Shown here one piece after another: positions 39,462 to 51,360 of a DNA stretch of 64,000 bases (positions within the stretch are counted from its first letter, which is position 1; every line of letters begins with the position of its first letter). The DNA is from Camelus dromedarius (taxonomy: Eukaryota). Both the position numbers and the translations under genes were made by a program. Under the pieces are notes generated by a model. It did no database searches. It was not told the DNA's origin and saw only the letters and a list, made by a program, of their open reading frames with translations. The stretch covers positions 51,090,001 to 51,154,000 of the forward strand of contig NC_087437.1 in NCBI RefSeq assembly GCF_036321535.1, given 5' to 3'.

Positions 39462-39899
39462 GGATGGACCTGGACATTGTCATTCTAAGTGAAGTAAGCC
39501 AGAAAGAGAAAGAAAGATACCATATGATATCACACATATATGGAATCTAAAAAAAAAGAAAAAGAATAAAGAGGACACTATGAACTTATCTACAAAACAG
39601 AAACAGACTCCCAGATATAGTAAACAATCTTATGGTTATTGGAGGGAAGGGGTGGGAAGGAGTAAATTTGGGAGTTTGAAATTTGCAAATGTTAACCACT
39701 ATATACCAAAAAAAGTAGATAAAAAACAAATTTCTTCTGTATAGCACGGGGAATTACAGTCAATATCTCATAGTGGCCGCTGATAAAAAAGAATATGAAA
39801 ACGAATATACGTATTATTTATATGCATGACTGGAACATTGTGCTATACACAAGAGATCTGACACATTGTAACTGACTATACTTCAGTTAAAAAAAAAAA
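39462..39899 (+). mobile_element. Young L1 3' end in sense orientation, inserted in an older L1-like remnant
   Basis: cattctaagtgaagtaagccagaaagagaaag...actgactatacttcagtt plus poly(A). TSD core gttacatca at 39453 and 39900. Confidence 0.88.
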
Positions 39900-41116
39900 G
39901 TTACATCAAAATGAATCAAGGCCTACAGTATACACATTCTTTTAAAAAATGCTGAGATAAATATGAAAAGACCAAAAGGATTAAAAGTGGATGCTACTGG
40001 GAAAGTAGATGAGGACAGGGAGTTGGAGCAAAGGATGGCTATTTTTAGTTTTATGCCTTCTAGCACTTTTTTTACTTTTCAACTGATAAAAATAAGAATT
40101 TTGATAAAAATAAGAATTTTAAAAATATGAGGAAACCAGGTCATTGTTGTGCTCTCTGAGGGCACATCTCAGTAATTACTACTTGACTGTTCTAACATTC
40201 ATCTATTACAAAGAAAGATTTTCTTGTTTAAGGCTTTGTTCTTGAAAGTATTTAAGATTATTTCTTTCCTTAGCTCAAACCAACTACATTCCAGTGCCTT
40301 AAAGTATCTTTAGCCTCTGATGCTGTTTTTAAGTACTTGAATATTAAAACATGTTTGTGTTGTCTTTACTCTCTGTCATTTTCTTACTGGCTCTCTGAAT
40401 GCCTAGAATACTTTTGTAATGGAAATGGGAGTATGGAAATTACCTTTAAGGGAAAGTGGGAGAGAATGACCCTTTTTTAGAAAAAAAGGTGGAGAATAGC
40501 TGATGTTTGAAAAATAAGGGCTGCACAGAGGTAGAGATTATAAGGCATGGTGAGTGGACAGACTGAAGTATTAGATGCATAGGGATGGTGTGGCGGAGAT
40601 GTGGATAAATTAGGACCAGATTAAAATGGACTCTGAATCCTTTGACTAATTTTGGAAACATTCTCTGGCAGTCCAGAGCCAGAGAAGGTTTTTAAGTAGG
40701 AAAATGACAATTAGCCAAATCAAAGTACAAAATTTTACATCCAGTTTGTACGTATTGCATCTATATACAAAACAAATAAATTGTCACAGGAAATAGACAC
40801 GGAAAAGAACTACCTCAAAATATTGATACTGGTTGTCTCTGCAGTAAGATTGTGAGTGACTTTTCTCTTATTTTTGCTATTCCAGACATTTTTGTATGAC
40901 TTTATGTTTGCAGGGTAAAACTAAATCATTAGTGTCATATTATAGTTTCATTGAGAAATCTGCATCCATTGCCTCATGCTTCCAGCTCTTTCTTTATTGA
41001 AAAGATACCTGTCCTAAGAATGTCCTCCTGTGAGAAAATATAAATGCTAGAGAGGACCAGAACTTTTAAGGAAGCATCTGATCTTCAGCTTGGCCTTATC
41101 TTCCGACTTATTTTAG

Positions 41117-41245
41117 GATTGTTAAAGATTCACTCCAGTCAATCCAATCCCCAGCAGGCTGTCCTGACGATCCCCAGCCAGCTCAAACCTCTCAGTGTAA
41201 ACACATCTGGAGGTGTGCAGACTATACTGATGCCTGTGAATAAAG
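41117..41245 (+). CDS. YEATS2: YEATS2 exon: (G)LLKIHSSQSNPQQAVLTIPSQLKPLSVNTSGGVQTILMPVNK
   Basis: Acceptor ttattttag|, donor AAG|gtgagt, 129 nt. Confidence 0.95.
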
Positions 41246-41752
41246 GTGAGTGCTTCACCTCTCCCTGGGGTGTGGTTGTCTCTGGGTCTCCCTTGTGGGG
41301 AAGTGCGTAGTCCATCAGTTGATGGCTGTCTCTCCCTTGTACAGCTGCCCTTGAGCTGTCACTGTGCTCCCTGGCACCAACTCGAGGACAGAAAGTAAAA
41401 CCCAAATGATCCATTGGCTTCTAAATAGCTGCCCATTTCTAAAGTTGAGTAGAGGGGCACATTTTAAGCATTTATGAGAATACAGGTTAATTGGGTTTTT
41501 ATTTTCTTAGTTTAGTGACAAGCCCCCATTTCCATGGTTGAAGGTAACAGCTCAGTTACTCTGGTACTATTAATAAAGAGCCCACCTTGTCAATCAGTCA
41601 CAGTATTTTTAAAAGGACCTTGCCATTTCTATTGCACTGAAATTATTTTTGTGCTAGTAGACTACAGTGGGGCTATGATCTAGGAGTTAGATCATTTTCA
41701 TTAAAATAATTTCTGTATTTCTTATATCCTCCCCTCTTATTTTGCCTGTTAG

Positions 41753-41851
41753 TGGTTCAGTCATTTTCTACCAACAAATCACCTGCCATTCTGCCTGTAG
41801 CTGCCCCAACTACAGTTGTCCCCAGCTCTGCTCCAGCAACTGTTACAAAAG
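41753..41851 (+). CDS. YEATS2: YEATS2 exon: (V)VQSFSTNKSPAILPVAAPTTVVPSSAPATVTK
   Basis: Acceptor cctgttag|, donor AAG|gtatgt, 99 nt. Confidence 0.94.
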
Positions 41852-41929
41852 GTATGTAGGTTCTCACAGTTTATTTGCCCAGAAGGTTTATGCAAAATAT
41901 TACTGTAATCTGAGTCCCTTGAATTTCAG

Positions 41930-42330
41930 CATCTGTGAATCAGTCACTTCAAAAATATGTTGAGTGTTTATATGTAGACATTAAGAGAAATACAGAGATG
42001 TATAAAGCATCATTTCTGCCCTCCAATAACTTACAATCAGGTTGAAGAGAGTTGTAGTAGACAACAAGCAATGATTGATAAGTGCAGGTTAAGTGATCTG
42101 GAAGATGAATGCTCAAATATTTCAATCTAGGATGTCTGGTCAGGGAAGGTGGCAGAATGGAAAGGTTTGGAACTTTGTATGGGACACAGATTATAACCTG
42201 GACTTTAAGAGTGAAGCATTTTTAGCTGTGGAGAGGTCAGGGGGCTTGCCAGATTAAGGGAACAGCAGATGCAAAAACTCAGAGGATTTGTTTGGGTGAG
42301 TAGACTCAATTAAAGGGACTCATCTGGGGA
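41930..42330 (-). mobile_element. L2 3' fragment
   Basis: tgttgagtg...tctgccctccaataacttacaatc...gggaacagcagatgcaaaa. Confidence 0.55.
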
Positions 42331-42469
42331 GTATAGTTGTGCTAAGGCAGCTGTAGGTGGGGCTGGCCATTGGTAGCTGGCTGTGAGGACATTTCTGACT
42401 ATTGAGTAGATGGAGATAGTGCAGTGGGTTAGAACAACACATTCAGACACCTGTAACATCTACAGTACT

Positions 42470-42670
42470 GATAGCCACCATGTGTAAGAGCCTAAAATGT
42501 CCCAGGCACCATGCTAGCTTCTTTATACATATATCACTAATTACCATAGTACTTCGGGATAGCTATTATGCCCATTTTGCAAATGAAGCAACTGAAGTTT
42601 GGAGATATTGAGTCTATACATCCCAAGTCTAGAAAGCTAGAAAGCAGTGCAGTCAGAATTTGAAATACTG
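42470..42670 (-). mobile_element. MIR SINE
   Basis: attatgcccattttgcaaatgaagcaactgaag. Confidence 0.62.
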
Positions 42671-42748
42671 TTCTTCAGGCTTTCCAGGATCTCTCATAAT
42701 AGTCTTGAGAAGAGGTGCATTTGGACCTTACAGCATGGCCATGTAAAG

Positions 42749-42942
42749 CAGGGGTTGGCTGACTGCAGTCACGCTGCCCATTTTTAAAATAAGGTTTTGT
42801 TGGCACATGGCCATGCCCACTCATTTACGTATTGTCCATGGGTGCATTGCAGCCTGAGTTTAGTTCCAGCTGAGACCATATGACCCTCAAAGCCTAAACT
42901 ATTTACTGATTAGTTCTTTATAGGAGAGTTTGCCAGTCCCTC
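42749..42942 (+). mobile_element. MER58A-like hAT-Charlie MITE
   Basis: Terminal inverted repeats caggggttggc.../...gccagtccctc and an 8-bp TSD at(g/t)taaag at 42741 and 42943. Confidence 0.8.
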
Positions 42943-43081
42943 ATTTAAAGATAGCTGATGAAAAAATTGGTATTAATCTGGGCCAGCATTTCTCCTCAGT
43001 GGTAGGTGTATTCTTACAGGCCTTCCTCATACAGATTCTGATTCCGTTAATTTTGGACTTGGGTAGAGCATCTCTGTTTTG

Positions 43082-43525
43082 ATTTTAACTGAGGTAAAAT
43101 TTTATATAGTGAAATTCATAGATACTAAGCGTACCATTTGATGAGTTTTGACAAATGCATAAACCCAAGTAACCAACACCCCATTCAAGCTATAGAAATT
43201 CCCATCACCTCGTGCCCCCTTCCAGTCAACTCCTAGTCCCCATAGACTACCACTGGTCTGATTTCTATTAAACTACATTAGTTGTATCTATTTTTTAACT
43301 TTATGTGAGTGGAAGCACGTGCATTCTTTTTGTGTCTGATTTCATTCACTGACTTAATGTTTTCAGGATTCAGCCGTGTTGTTGCTGAGTAGTATTCCAC
43401 ATTGTAGGGATGGATGGATACACCATAATTTGTTTATCTTTTCTCCTGTTGGTGAACATTAGGGTTGTTTCCAGTTTGGGGCTATGATGTATGTGTTTGA
43501 GAGCATATGTTCTCATTTCTTCAAT
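43082..43525 (-). mobile_element. Old L1 3' end
   Basis: Motifs gatgagttttgacaaatgcat and ttgtttccagtttggggcta. Confidence 0.7.
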
Positions 43526-43699
43526 GAGCTGTCCCCACCTGGAAATGCTGATTATATGATTCTGTAATTGTTTGAGTGCCAGATTAAAGTGAGTATACTT
43601 GCATCTATAGAACTGGAGTATCTAAACATTTTCTGAGGACTTCCTTCTGTTTCTTGAAGTCTTGGGATCACTGCGAGCTGGGGGAGGATGTATTGCTAG

Positions 43700-44123
43700 C
43701 GGTGAAATTGGCAAGGTCACGCAATACAAGTCAGTGTGCCATCAAAAACCATTGTAATTTCTATATAGAAATTAACTGCTAACAACCTACTAAATATTTC
43801 TGAGAGAAATTTTTTAAGTCCTAAATAAGTGGAATGAAATACCATTATAAATATAATCAATTAAAAGTAATTTATTATAAAAATAATAAATTATATTAAT
43901 TTGCTGAAAGACTTGATATGTTATTAATTCTCTCCCCAGAAATGATGTAGATTCAATATGGTCCCAGTCAGAATCCTTGCAGTGTTAACTTTGTGTGTGT
44001 AGAAACTAACAAGCTAAATCTAAAGTATGTATGTGAAATGCAGATGCCTAGAGTAGCTAAGACAGTCTTGAAGAAGAAAAAGCCAGGGGATGGACCACCA
44101 GATAGATACACACACACACACAC

Positions 44124-44179
<56 letters not shown>

Positions 44180-45325
44180 TAAAGCTACTGTAATTGAGCT
44201 AGTGTAGTATTGGTTCAAGAATAGACAGAATAATAAAAAAGAAAGCCCAGAAATAGACTCGCACATATATTGTCACCTGATTCATGACAAATTCAGCAGA
44301 GAAAGGATGTTCTCTTTACTAAGTAGTGCTGGATTAACTGGATACATTCATTTGGGGAAACAACGAACCTTGGCCCCTACCTTACTCCGTAAACAAAAAT
44401 TAATTTGAGTTGGATGATAGACTTAAATATGGAAGGTAAAACAATAAAGCTTCTAGAAGAGAGTATGAGAATATCTTTCTGACCTTGGGAAAAGATACTT
44501 TGTAAGCAGAACACACAAGAAAACTGGTCATAGAAGAAAAGATTGATAAATTGGACTTTATTAACACTGGGAACATCACTTTATCAGAGGAACAAAATTA
44601 AGAGTGAGAGTCAAGCCACATCTGGAGGATATTTGCAACAGATATATCTAACAAGGGAGTCCTGTCCAGAGTATACACAGACCTTCTAAACAATATGAAA
44701 AGGACTGACACGAATATTTTTTTTAATAGCAAGAAATGTAAACAGGTACGTCACAGATGTGGATGTTGAAATATCTCATAAGAATATGAAAAGTTGTTCA
44801 GCCTCATCAGTCATCGAGAAATGCCAGTTAAAACCATAGTAAGATGCTGTTCTATCACCAAAAGTAAAAGAATCAGCAGTACCAACTATTGGCAAGGTTG
44901 TGGGGCACCTGGAGCTCACATACACTGCTCCTGGGACTACAGATTGATATAATCACTTTGGAAATCAGCTTGGCGATTTCTAATAAAGTTAAACATGCAT
45001 CTGCCCTGTGTTCCAGCAAATGCACTTCTAGGAAACGCATGCATGTGTCCACCCTAAGAATGTCCATTACACTGTTATTTTTAATGGCTAAAAAGATGCT
45101 GACACAAAAGAGTATGCACAGTATAATTCCAGTTTTATGAATTTTAAAGTGGACAAAAGATGGTTATCTTGGGCAGGGAGGAACTGCCAGAAGTGTAAGG
45201 GAGTCTGGTTGAAGACTGGAAATGCTCAGTATCTTGATTGGAGTGGTGAGTACGTGGGTGTATACATAGGTAAAGCTCATTGACCTGTACCCTTAATATT
45301 GATGCGTTTTAAGCAACAATAAAGG
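43700..45325 (+). mobile_element. Old L1 ORF2 3' part plus 3' UTR, containing a (CA)n expansion
   Basis: L1 motifs ctataaagctactgtaatt, agcccagaaatagac, ataaagcttctagaaga. Ends with aataaa at ~45318. Confidence 0.78.
44108..44177 (+). repeat. (AC)n microsatellite, ~35 units with one interruption
   Basis: Seen directly, inside an L1. Confidence 0.97.
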
Positions 45326-45784
45326 GGAATATGTACCAGTAGATCTCATTTGTAGGCCAATGTTTATAGGAAACTACTGAAGGACGTTGAGTAGGAAAAT
45401 AACACTAAAAAGGTCCTTTAGGAAGTTTTTCTGGAGTTCATGTGCTAAATGGGTTGTAAGGGAAGAGACTGAAGCAGGGAAGCTGATGCAGAAGCAGTGA
45501 GTGTGTGTCACAGTATTTGGTCAAGGAGGACTGTGGAAGTAAGGGAAGACACATGCTCCTGAGACATTGTGATCTTCCGTCCATAGATTCGGTGATGTTA
45601 AAAGCCTCGTGTGATTAGCTCATATTTTCCCAAGCACAACAGGTCTGATTTTTGCTTTCTGCCTTGTGTTTCAGAATGCTAAGATAACACTGAAAGTTGA
45701 TAAACTTAGCTGGAGAGCTGATATCCAAATGGATATTAGAACTTAGAAGAGGCCTTCGTTGTGTTTTAATGTGGCATTGTTCAA

Positions 45785-45811
45785 GTGTGTGTGTGTGTGT
45801 GTGTGTGTGTG
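45785..45811 (+). repeat. (GT)13 microsatellite
   Basis: Seen directly. Confidence 0.95.
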
Positions 45812-46089
45812 AGATCTCACATGGCAGTGTGGTTTGTTAGCCGTTTAAGAAATACCTAAAAAGCCATTTTGTTGCACCGCCTTGTCATGAGACCCAGGCT
45901 GACAGTTCTGCCCTTGTCCGTTGATCCTGTGACGGTAGGCGCCATCGCAGCGCCCTGGCCGGGTCCCTGCAGCAGCTGCTGTGGCAGTTTCCTCACTGAG
46001 TTCCTATGGAAGAGCTTTTGTTTCTGCCTGCACGTGTCCTTGCATCATTGCGCCATAACAGCTCTCTCATTGTCGCTCTTCCCTCATAG

Positions 46090-46192
46090 TGAAGACTGAA
46101 CCGGAAACACCTGGGCCGGGCTGCCTCTCTCAGGATGGTCAGACAGCAGTGAAAACAGAAGAAAGTTCTGAGCTGGGAAACTATGTCATTAA
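46090..46192 (+). CDS. YEATS2: YEATS2 exon: (V)KTEPETPGPGCLSQDGQTAVKTEESSELGNYVI(K)
   Basis: Acceptor ccctcatag|, donor TAA|gtaatt, 103 nt, phase 1-2. Confidence 0.94.
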
Positions 46193-46999
46193 GTAATTAT
46201 TTCAATCCTTTCTGAGGGAGTTGTGCTTTCAGTGTTTTTATGAAAAGAAACCATACCTGTGACAGCTGCCTATGTGTAGAGTTGTATGTACAGAGTTAAG
46301 CCCTCTAATGGGTGGAAACCTTCTGTTCTGTGCGGCGAACAAGTACTACCATGTGCTGCACAGCTCAGGAGTCTTCATTTAACACGTTGGTCACCTCAGA
46401 AGCCTCAGGTGGAATTGTAGATCTCCCTCCGTTTGAGCTTGCAACACTTACTCTCTTTGCTGAGTCTTTGGGCATGAAATTCCTCATGATGTAATTATTC
46501 AGGTGTGTAAACATGCTGTGCCTGAGTTATCCACACACCTGCCTGATCTTAAATAGCTGCCTTTTCATAGGCCACACATTCAGTGCTGCTTCTAAAAATA
46601 CTCCCTGAGATTTTCTAATTTCCAAATTGGGAACCCACCTCTGACTGCCTATTTTGAAGTGTCTCAGACTGCTAGGAACAGTGGAAACTTAGCCACATTC
46701 ACGTGATAGGTGACCCGATGAACTATAATAACCCTGAGATAGGCATTTTATAATAGACTTCTCTGCTCTAGAGGCAATCTCACTGCAAAAAGATTATATG
46801 GCTATTTAACTTTAAATTATAGATCAAGTATCTGATTTGCATAATGTCATTCTTGGGGTCTCATTTGTTTACTTAGTCTTGACTTTTTAAGCATTAAATA
46901 CTCTTCATTTATAAATAAGGCTATGTATGGAAGGAAGCACATGCCAACATAATTGTTTTAATTCCCTTGGAAAGGGGAAATATATACATAAATTCATAT

Positions 47000-47020
47000 A
47001 CACACACACACACACACACA
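47000..47020 (+). repeat. (AC)10 microsatellite
   Basis: Seen directly, ~50 nt upstream of the acceptor at 47073. Confidence 0.95.
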
Positions 47021-47072
47021 GTTAGAAACTGCTATGTGTATTCACTACCTTAATTTTATTTATTCTTCTCAG

Positions 47073-47146
47073 GATAGACCATTTGGAGACTATCCAGCAA
47101 CTCTTAACAGCAGTAGTAAAGAAGATCCCACTAATCACTGCAAAAA
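47073..47146 (+). CDS. YEATS2: YEATS2 exon: IDHLETIQQLLTAVVKKIPLITAK
   Basis: Acceptor ttcttctcag|, donor AAA|gtaaga, 74 nt. Confidence 0.95.
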
Positions 47147-47469
47147 GTAAGACAATATGGAATGTATAAATGCATTTTTTTTTAAGCTGTGAACTACTTG
47201 GGATATTGAGTCAACTTGAATTACTTGGAATTGTAATTAATACTTAGATGGTAGTTAATCTTAGGTGGTTTTAGCTACAGCTGTAGCTCATTTGCACAGT
47301 TTTAGAATTCATGGTATCTTGGTCAGTTGGTTAGTATTTTATTTTCACTGTGATCTGCAGAAGGAATTTTTTACATTTATTATTGTATATAAATCATATA
47401 TAAATCAATCTATTATGTATATAATTAAAGTAGCATTCCTTTTTAATGTTCATTAATAAGGAAAGAAAT

Positions 47470-47685
47470 TAGCACTTGCCTGCAGTGTGCCAGACTCTTT
47501 AGGCTTATTACACTTGCTGTCTTATTTAATCACAGTCTCTCGTGGGATACATGGTGTCATCTCCATTTTACAGATGAGAAAACTGGGGATAAGCAGAGTT
47601 GAGTAACTTGCTCAAGATCACTAGCTGGGTCATGAGGCAGGATACAAACCCAGTTTTATTTGATTCCGGAGTTGTTAGTCTTGTC
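47470..47685 (-). mobile_element. MIR SINE
   Basis: ctccattttacagatgagaaaactgggg...gagtaacttgctcaagatcac. Confidence 0.72.
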
Positions 47686-48144
47686 AACACTCACTGTCAC
47701 TCACTGTGTAGAAATGCACGATTATTAAGACCTCCAGCACTGAAATCTGATCTGTCGCTGCCCGGTGTTAGCAGGACTGAACAGTTTACTTCTCAGCCCC
47801 AGTTGCTCTGACAGAATCAACAGCCCTCACCGGGGGCATTACTGATTGCCTGTGGATGCTTAGGTGTCTGCTCTTGAGCAAGAACACTGTGAGCATTTAG
47901 AGGGAAAGGATGAACCAGATTATCCTTTCACATTCACTATGAAAATGATAGGCCATGTACAGAATACCCTGCTTATTTTTTTCCAGCTGTGATAGCAAAG
48001 AAATTATTTGTTTTTTACTTGAAGTTCAGGGGGTCATTTTGAGGTAAAGTAAACAGTGAGTTCAAAGTAAACAGTGATTTTTCTAGCTGAGCAGAAAAAG
48101 ATTTTTAATCTTTTTTTTTTTTTTTTTAAAGAATTCAGATACAA

Positions 48145-48325
48145 ATACAGAATGTTAGAGCTGAAAGGCAGTTCAGGAACCATCTGTCTCAGTGGTCTCA
48201 TTTTGCAGATGGGAAAGCTGAAGCTGGGAGAGATTATGTAGGTTTTCCAAGGCTCCTTAGTTAATGACACAGCCAGGGCTAGATCGCAGGTCTCAGGCTC
48301 CCAGTGGAGTGCCATCTCCACTCGT
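48145..48325 (-). mobile_element. MIR3/MIRc-like SINE
   Basis: agaatgttagagctgaaagg...ctcattttgcagatgggaaagctgaagct. Confidence 0.68.
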
Positions 48326-48593
48326 TCTAATAGATAATCTACTACCATGAAGCTTTCTTTACCAGGGGAGCTGATTTCCCAAGGACGGGTTTTGTTTTGA
48401 CTGTACATGAATGAGATGCTTTCTCTTTTAAGGAGAAGCCCTTGTATGTTACATTGCATCTGAACTTGCCCAGTAAGGAACATACCCAGTAAAGAAGTCT
48501 AAAGAAACTTTTGGACATGACTCTAGCAAAGAAGATTTCATTTAAATCATTATAATAACTTCATTCAGAGTTTGCTGAATGTGTTCATTCTAG

Positions 48594-48673
48594 GTGAAGA
48601 TGCCAGCTGTTTTTCTGCAAAATCTGTGGAGCAGTATTATGGCTGGAACATTGGGAAAAGGAGAGCTGCTGAG
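48594..48673 (+). CDS. YEATS2: YEATS2 exon: (S)EDASCFSAKSVEQYYGWNIGKRRAAE
   Basis: Acceptor ttcattctag|, donor GAG|gtaatg, 80 nt. Confidence 0.95.
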
Positions 48674-49333
48674 GTAATGCCGTCTCTGCTTCTTTGACCT
48701 GTAGGCCACCACTGAGAGCATGTGGGAGAGGATAACTAAAAAACATGTGCATTCTGCATGCATATTTTGTTAAATATTTAATGGTAGAACTTTCTCCTTA
48801 GTTAAAAATCTTATTCTTCAAAGACCTGTAGCTAGCCTTTGAAAGGTCTACTTTCTTTTCCTGCAATGGTAAAAATTTCTAAAAAATTTTTTTAGATGAT
48901 AATATATTAAAATTAAATCAAATAATTATCAAGTACTTACATTGTGGTAGCTACTATGCCAGACCGTGGGGTTATAAGAGGAAATAGCTTGTACAAAGGC
49001 GTACTTAGAAAGCTTTGAGAAAGTCAGCGTGATGGGTTTGGGGAAGGCTAGGGAGGAAGGGAAGGTGGGAGGTCATAGGTTGAGACCAGGTGAAAAACCT
49101 TATAGGCCAAACCCAAGAATTTCGGTGTTACAAATTTATAAGCATTAGGTAGAAGTTCTTTTACTTGGGGGGAAAAAAAAGAGTAACCCCATGAGATTTT
49201 TTTTCCCCTTAGAAAAAAATGATTCTAACAAGTTAGCATGTAATTTACAGTTGGGTGATTCTTTTGAACATGCTGCTAAGTTGAAGAATTTGATTATGGT
49301 CTCTCCCCACCCACCCCCAATTTTTTTTTTAAG

Positions 49334-49535
49334 TGGCAAAGAGCAATGACAATGCGAAAAGTATTACAAGAAATACTGGAGAAGAATCCAAGATTTCACC
49401 ACCTGACTCCCCTTAAAACCAAGCACATTGCTCACTGGTGTCGTTGCCACGGCTACACCCCACCTGACCCCGAGAGCCTGAGGAGCGACGGGGACTCTAT
49501 CGAGGATGTACTGACACAGATTGACAGTGAGCCAG
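49334..49535 (+). CDS. YEATS2: YEATS2 exon: WQRAMTMRKVLQEILEKNPRFHHL...QIDSEP
   Basis: Acceptor ttttttttttaag|, donor CAG|gtgagc, 202 nt. Confidence 0.96.
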
Positions 49536-51133
49536 GTGAGCCTGGTGGGACCCACTGAGCAGCACCAGCGGCCGAGAGGTGTTTCCATGGAATGCGCATC
49601 TCTCAGCCCCCATGGTTCTTGGGTGTCTTCACCCAGCAGTTTTCAGTGCTCTTCCCTTCAGCCTAGAGAACAGGAGCCTTTGCTCACCTCTGGCCATGGG
49701 TCCTGCCTGCCCCCTAGGACAGTCTCTGCAGAACTGTTTTTGCCGATATGTCCCAGGTGTCATGCCCTGGCCAGGAATGTTCCAGCCCATGGCATCCAGC
49801 AGACACACTGTCCATTCAGGAGCCCCCTCCTCAGCATCATTTCTTCTTTGAAGACTCCCCTAATCCACGTCCTTTCCTCCAAGTAGAGGTGACTTCTCCT
49901 TCCTTTGTGACCTTATACTCACCCCTCATAGACAAGTCTGTCCAGTCTCCTTGAAGACGGGGACGATGTCTGATCTGTTACCTTATCTCCAAAACCTAGC
50001 TAGGAAGTGTACTGCCCAGTTTTGGAGGCACAGGTGTAAACAACTAATAATGCTGCAGATAAAATGAATTGTTTTATGATAAAAGACACGAACAACTGGG
50101 TGGGGAGCCAGGCATAGAAGCGATACTGGGAGGATATCTGAGTTTCACCTTAAAGAATAAGAAGGGTTGTTTTCTCCTTTCAACCTCTATTCTGTGGGAA
50201 AACAGAATCTCCACCTCCCAATCCGAGGGAGCCTGGAGCACAGGGAGGTTCCTTTAAGGCTGGCTCGGGTCCCATTTTCTCCAGGAAGCTTTCCTGAGAT
50301 CCCTGATGCAGGGTGGCCTCTCTTTTCCCTGATCTCCAGGGGCACTTCATAGCAGAACCTTGAGGGTTTGTCAGATTTATATAACTAAGCTCTTTGGAGA
50401 GCAGAGACCATGTCTGTTACTTCCATGCTTCACCGGTAGCACATGTAATGCCCAGTACTTTACATATGCTAGGCTTTCTGTTAACGTGAGTGATTAATTT
50501 GTGAGTGCCCTGTGAAATTAAAACAGAAGCAGCCAGGAGCTGGATGACTACCACCATCCTGCCAGGGCCCTTAAGCCCATCTTGTACCTGGTCTGGACCT
50601 CACTTACTCATCCATAAAAAGATTCCCAGAGCCCCTGCTGGCTTTAAAGTTCTAATACTTTGTTGGGCTTTGTATAAGTCAACTTATTAGAGACTGGATG
50701 CATGATGTACACTAAAATGTTAATAGTACTTATCTCTGAACAGTGAAAATACGGGTGATTTTTAATTTCTTCACTGCATTTCTAAATTTTCCAGATTTAA
50801 AATTTGAAAAAAATCAGTGTAGTCATTAATATTTGAAGGGTGAGAGGATGGCCTCGTTTTTGGTGGCATGAGTCAGAATTATGTGCTGTTTTGACTTAGA
50901 TTGCACTTAACATCACACTTGTCTTAACACAACATGCCTGTCTCTGTGCTTGTCTACCTCATTTATGAATTACAAGTTCTCATATAGATCTGTAGAATTT
51001 TGGAACTGGAAAGAAGGTCTGTTCCCTTGATACTTAGCACTTCTCTGGGTCTCAGGCTCTTGGTCTCTTGGAGGTGGAAAATCCTTTTCTGTTGTCACTA
51101 CCGCTGTCATAAGACTGATTACCTCTCATTTAG

Positions 51134-51360
51134 AGTGCCCATCATCATTCTCCTCTGCTGACAACCTCTGCCGGAAACTGGAGGACCTGCAGCAGTTTCA
51201 GAAAAGAGAGCCAGAGAATGAGGAGGAGGTGGACATCCTCAGCCTCTCAGAGCCATTAAAGATAAACATCAAAAAAGAACAGGAAGAGAAACAGGAAGAA
51301 ATGAAATTCTACCTGCCACCAACGCCGGGCTCTGAGTTTATTGGTGACATCACGCAGAAG
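51134..51360 (+). CDS. YEATS2: YEATS2 exon: (E)CPSSFSSADNLCRKLEDLQQFQKREPENEEEVDILSLSEP...GDITQK
   Basis: Acceptor ctcatttag|, donor AAG|gtaggg, 227 nt. Confidence 0.95.

Noticed and set aside
43968..44193. (CV)n and (HT)n ORFs
   Set aside because: Translations of the (AC)n microsatellite inside an L1.
45936..45965. CTCF-like GC-rich motif (ggcgccatcgcagcgccctggccgg)
   Set aside because: Only a partial match to the CTCF core. Not supportable without a PWM scan or ChIP data.
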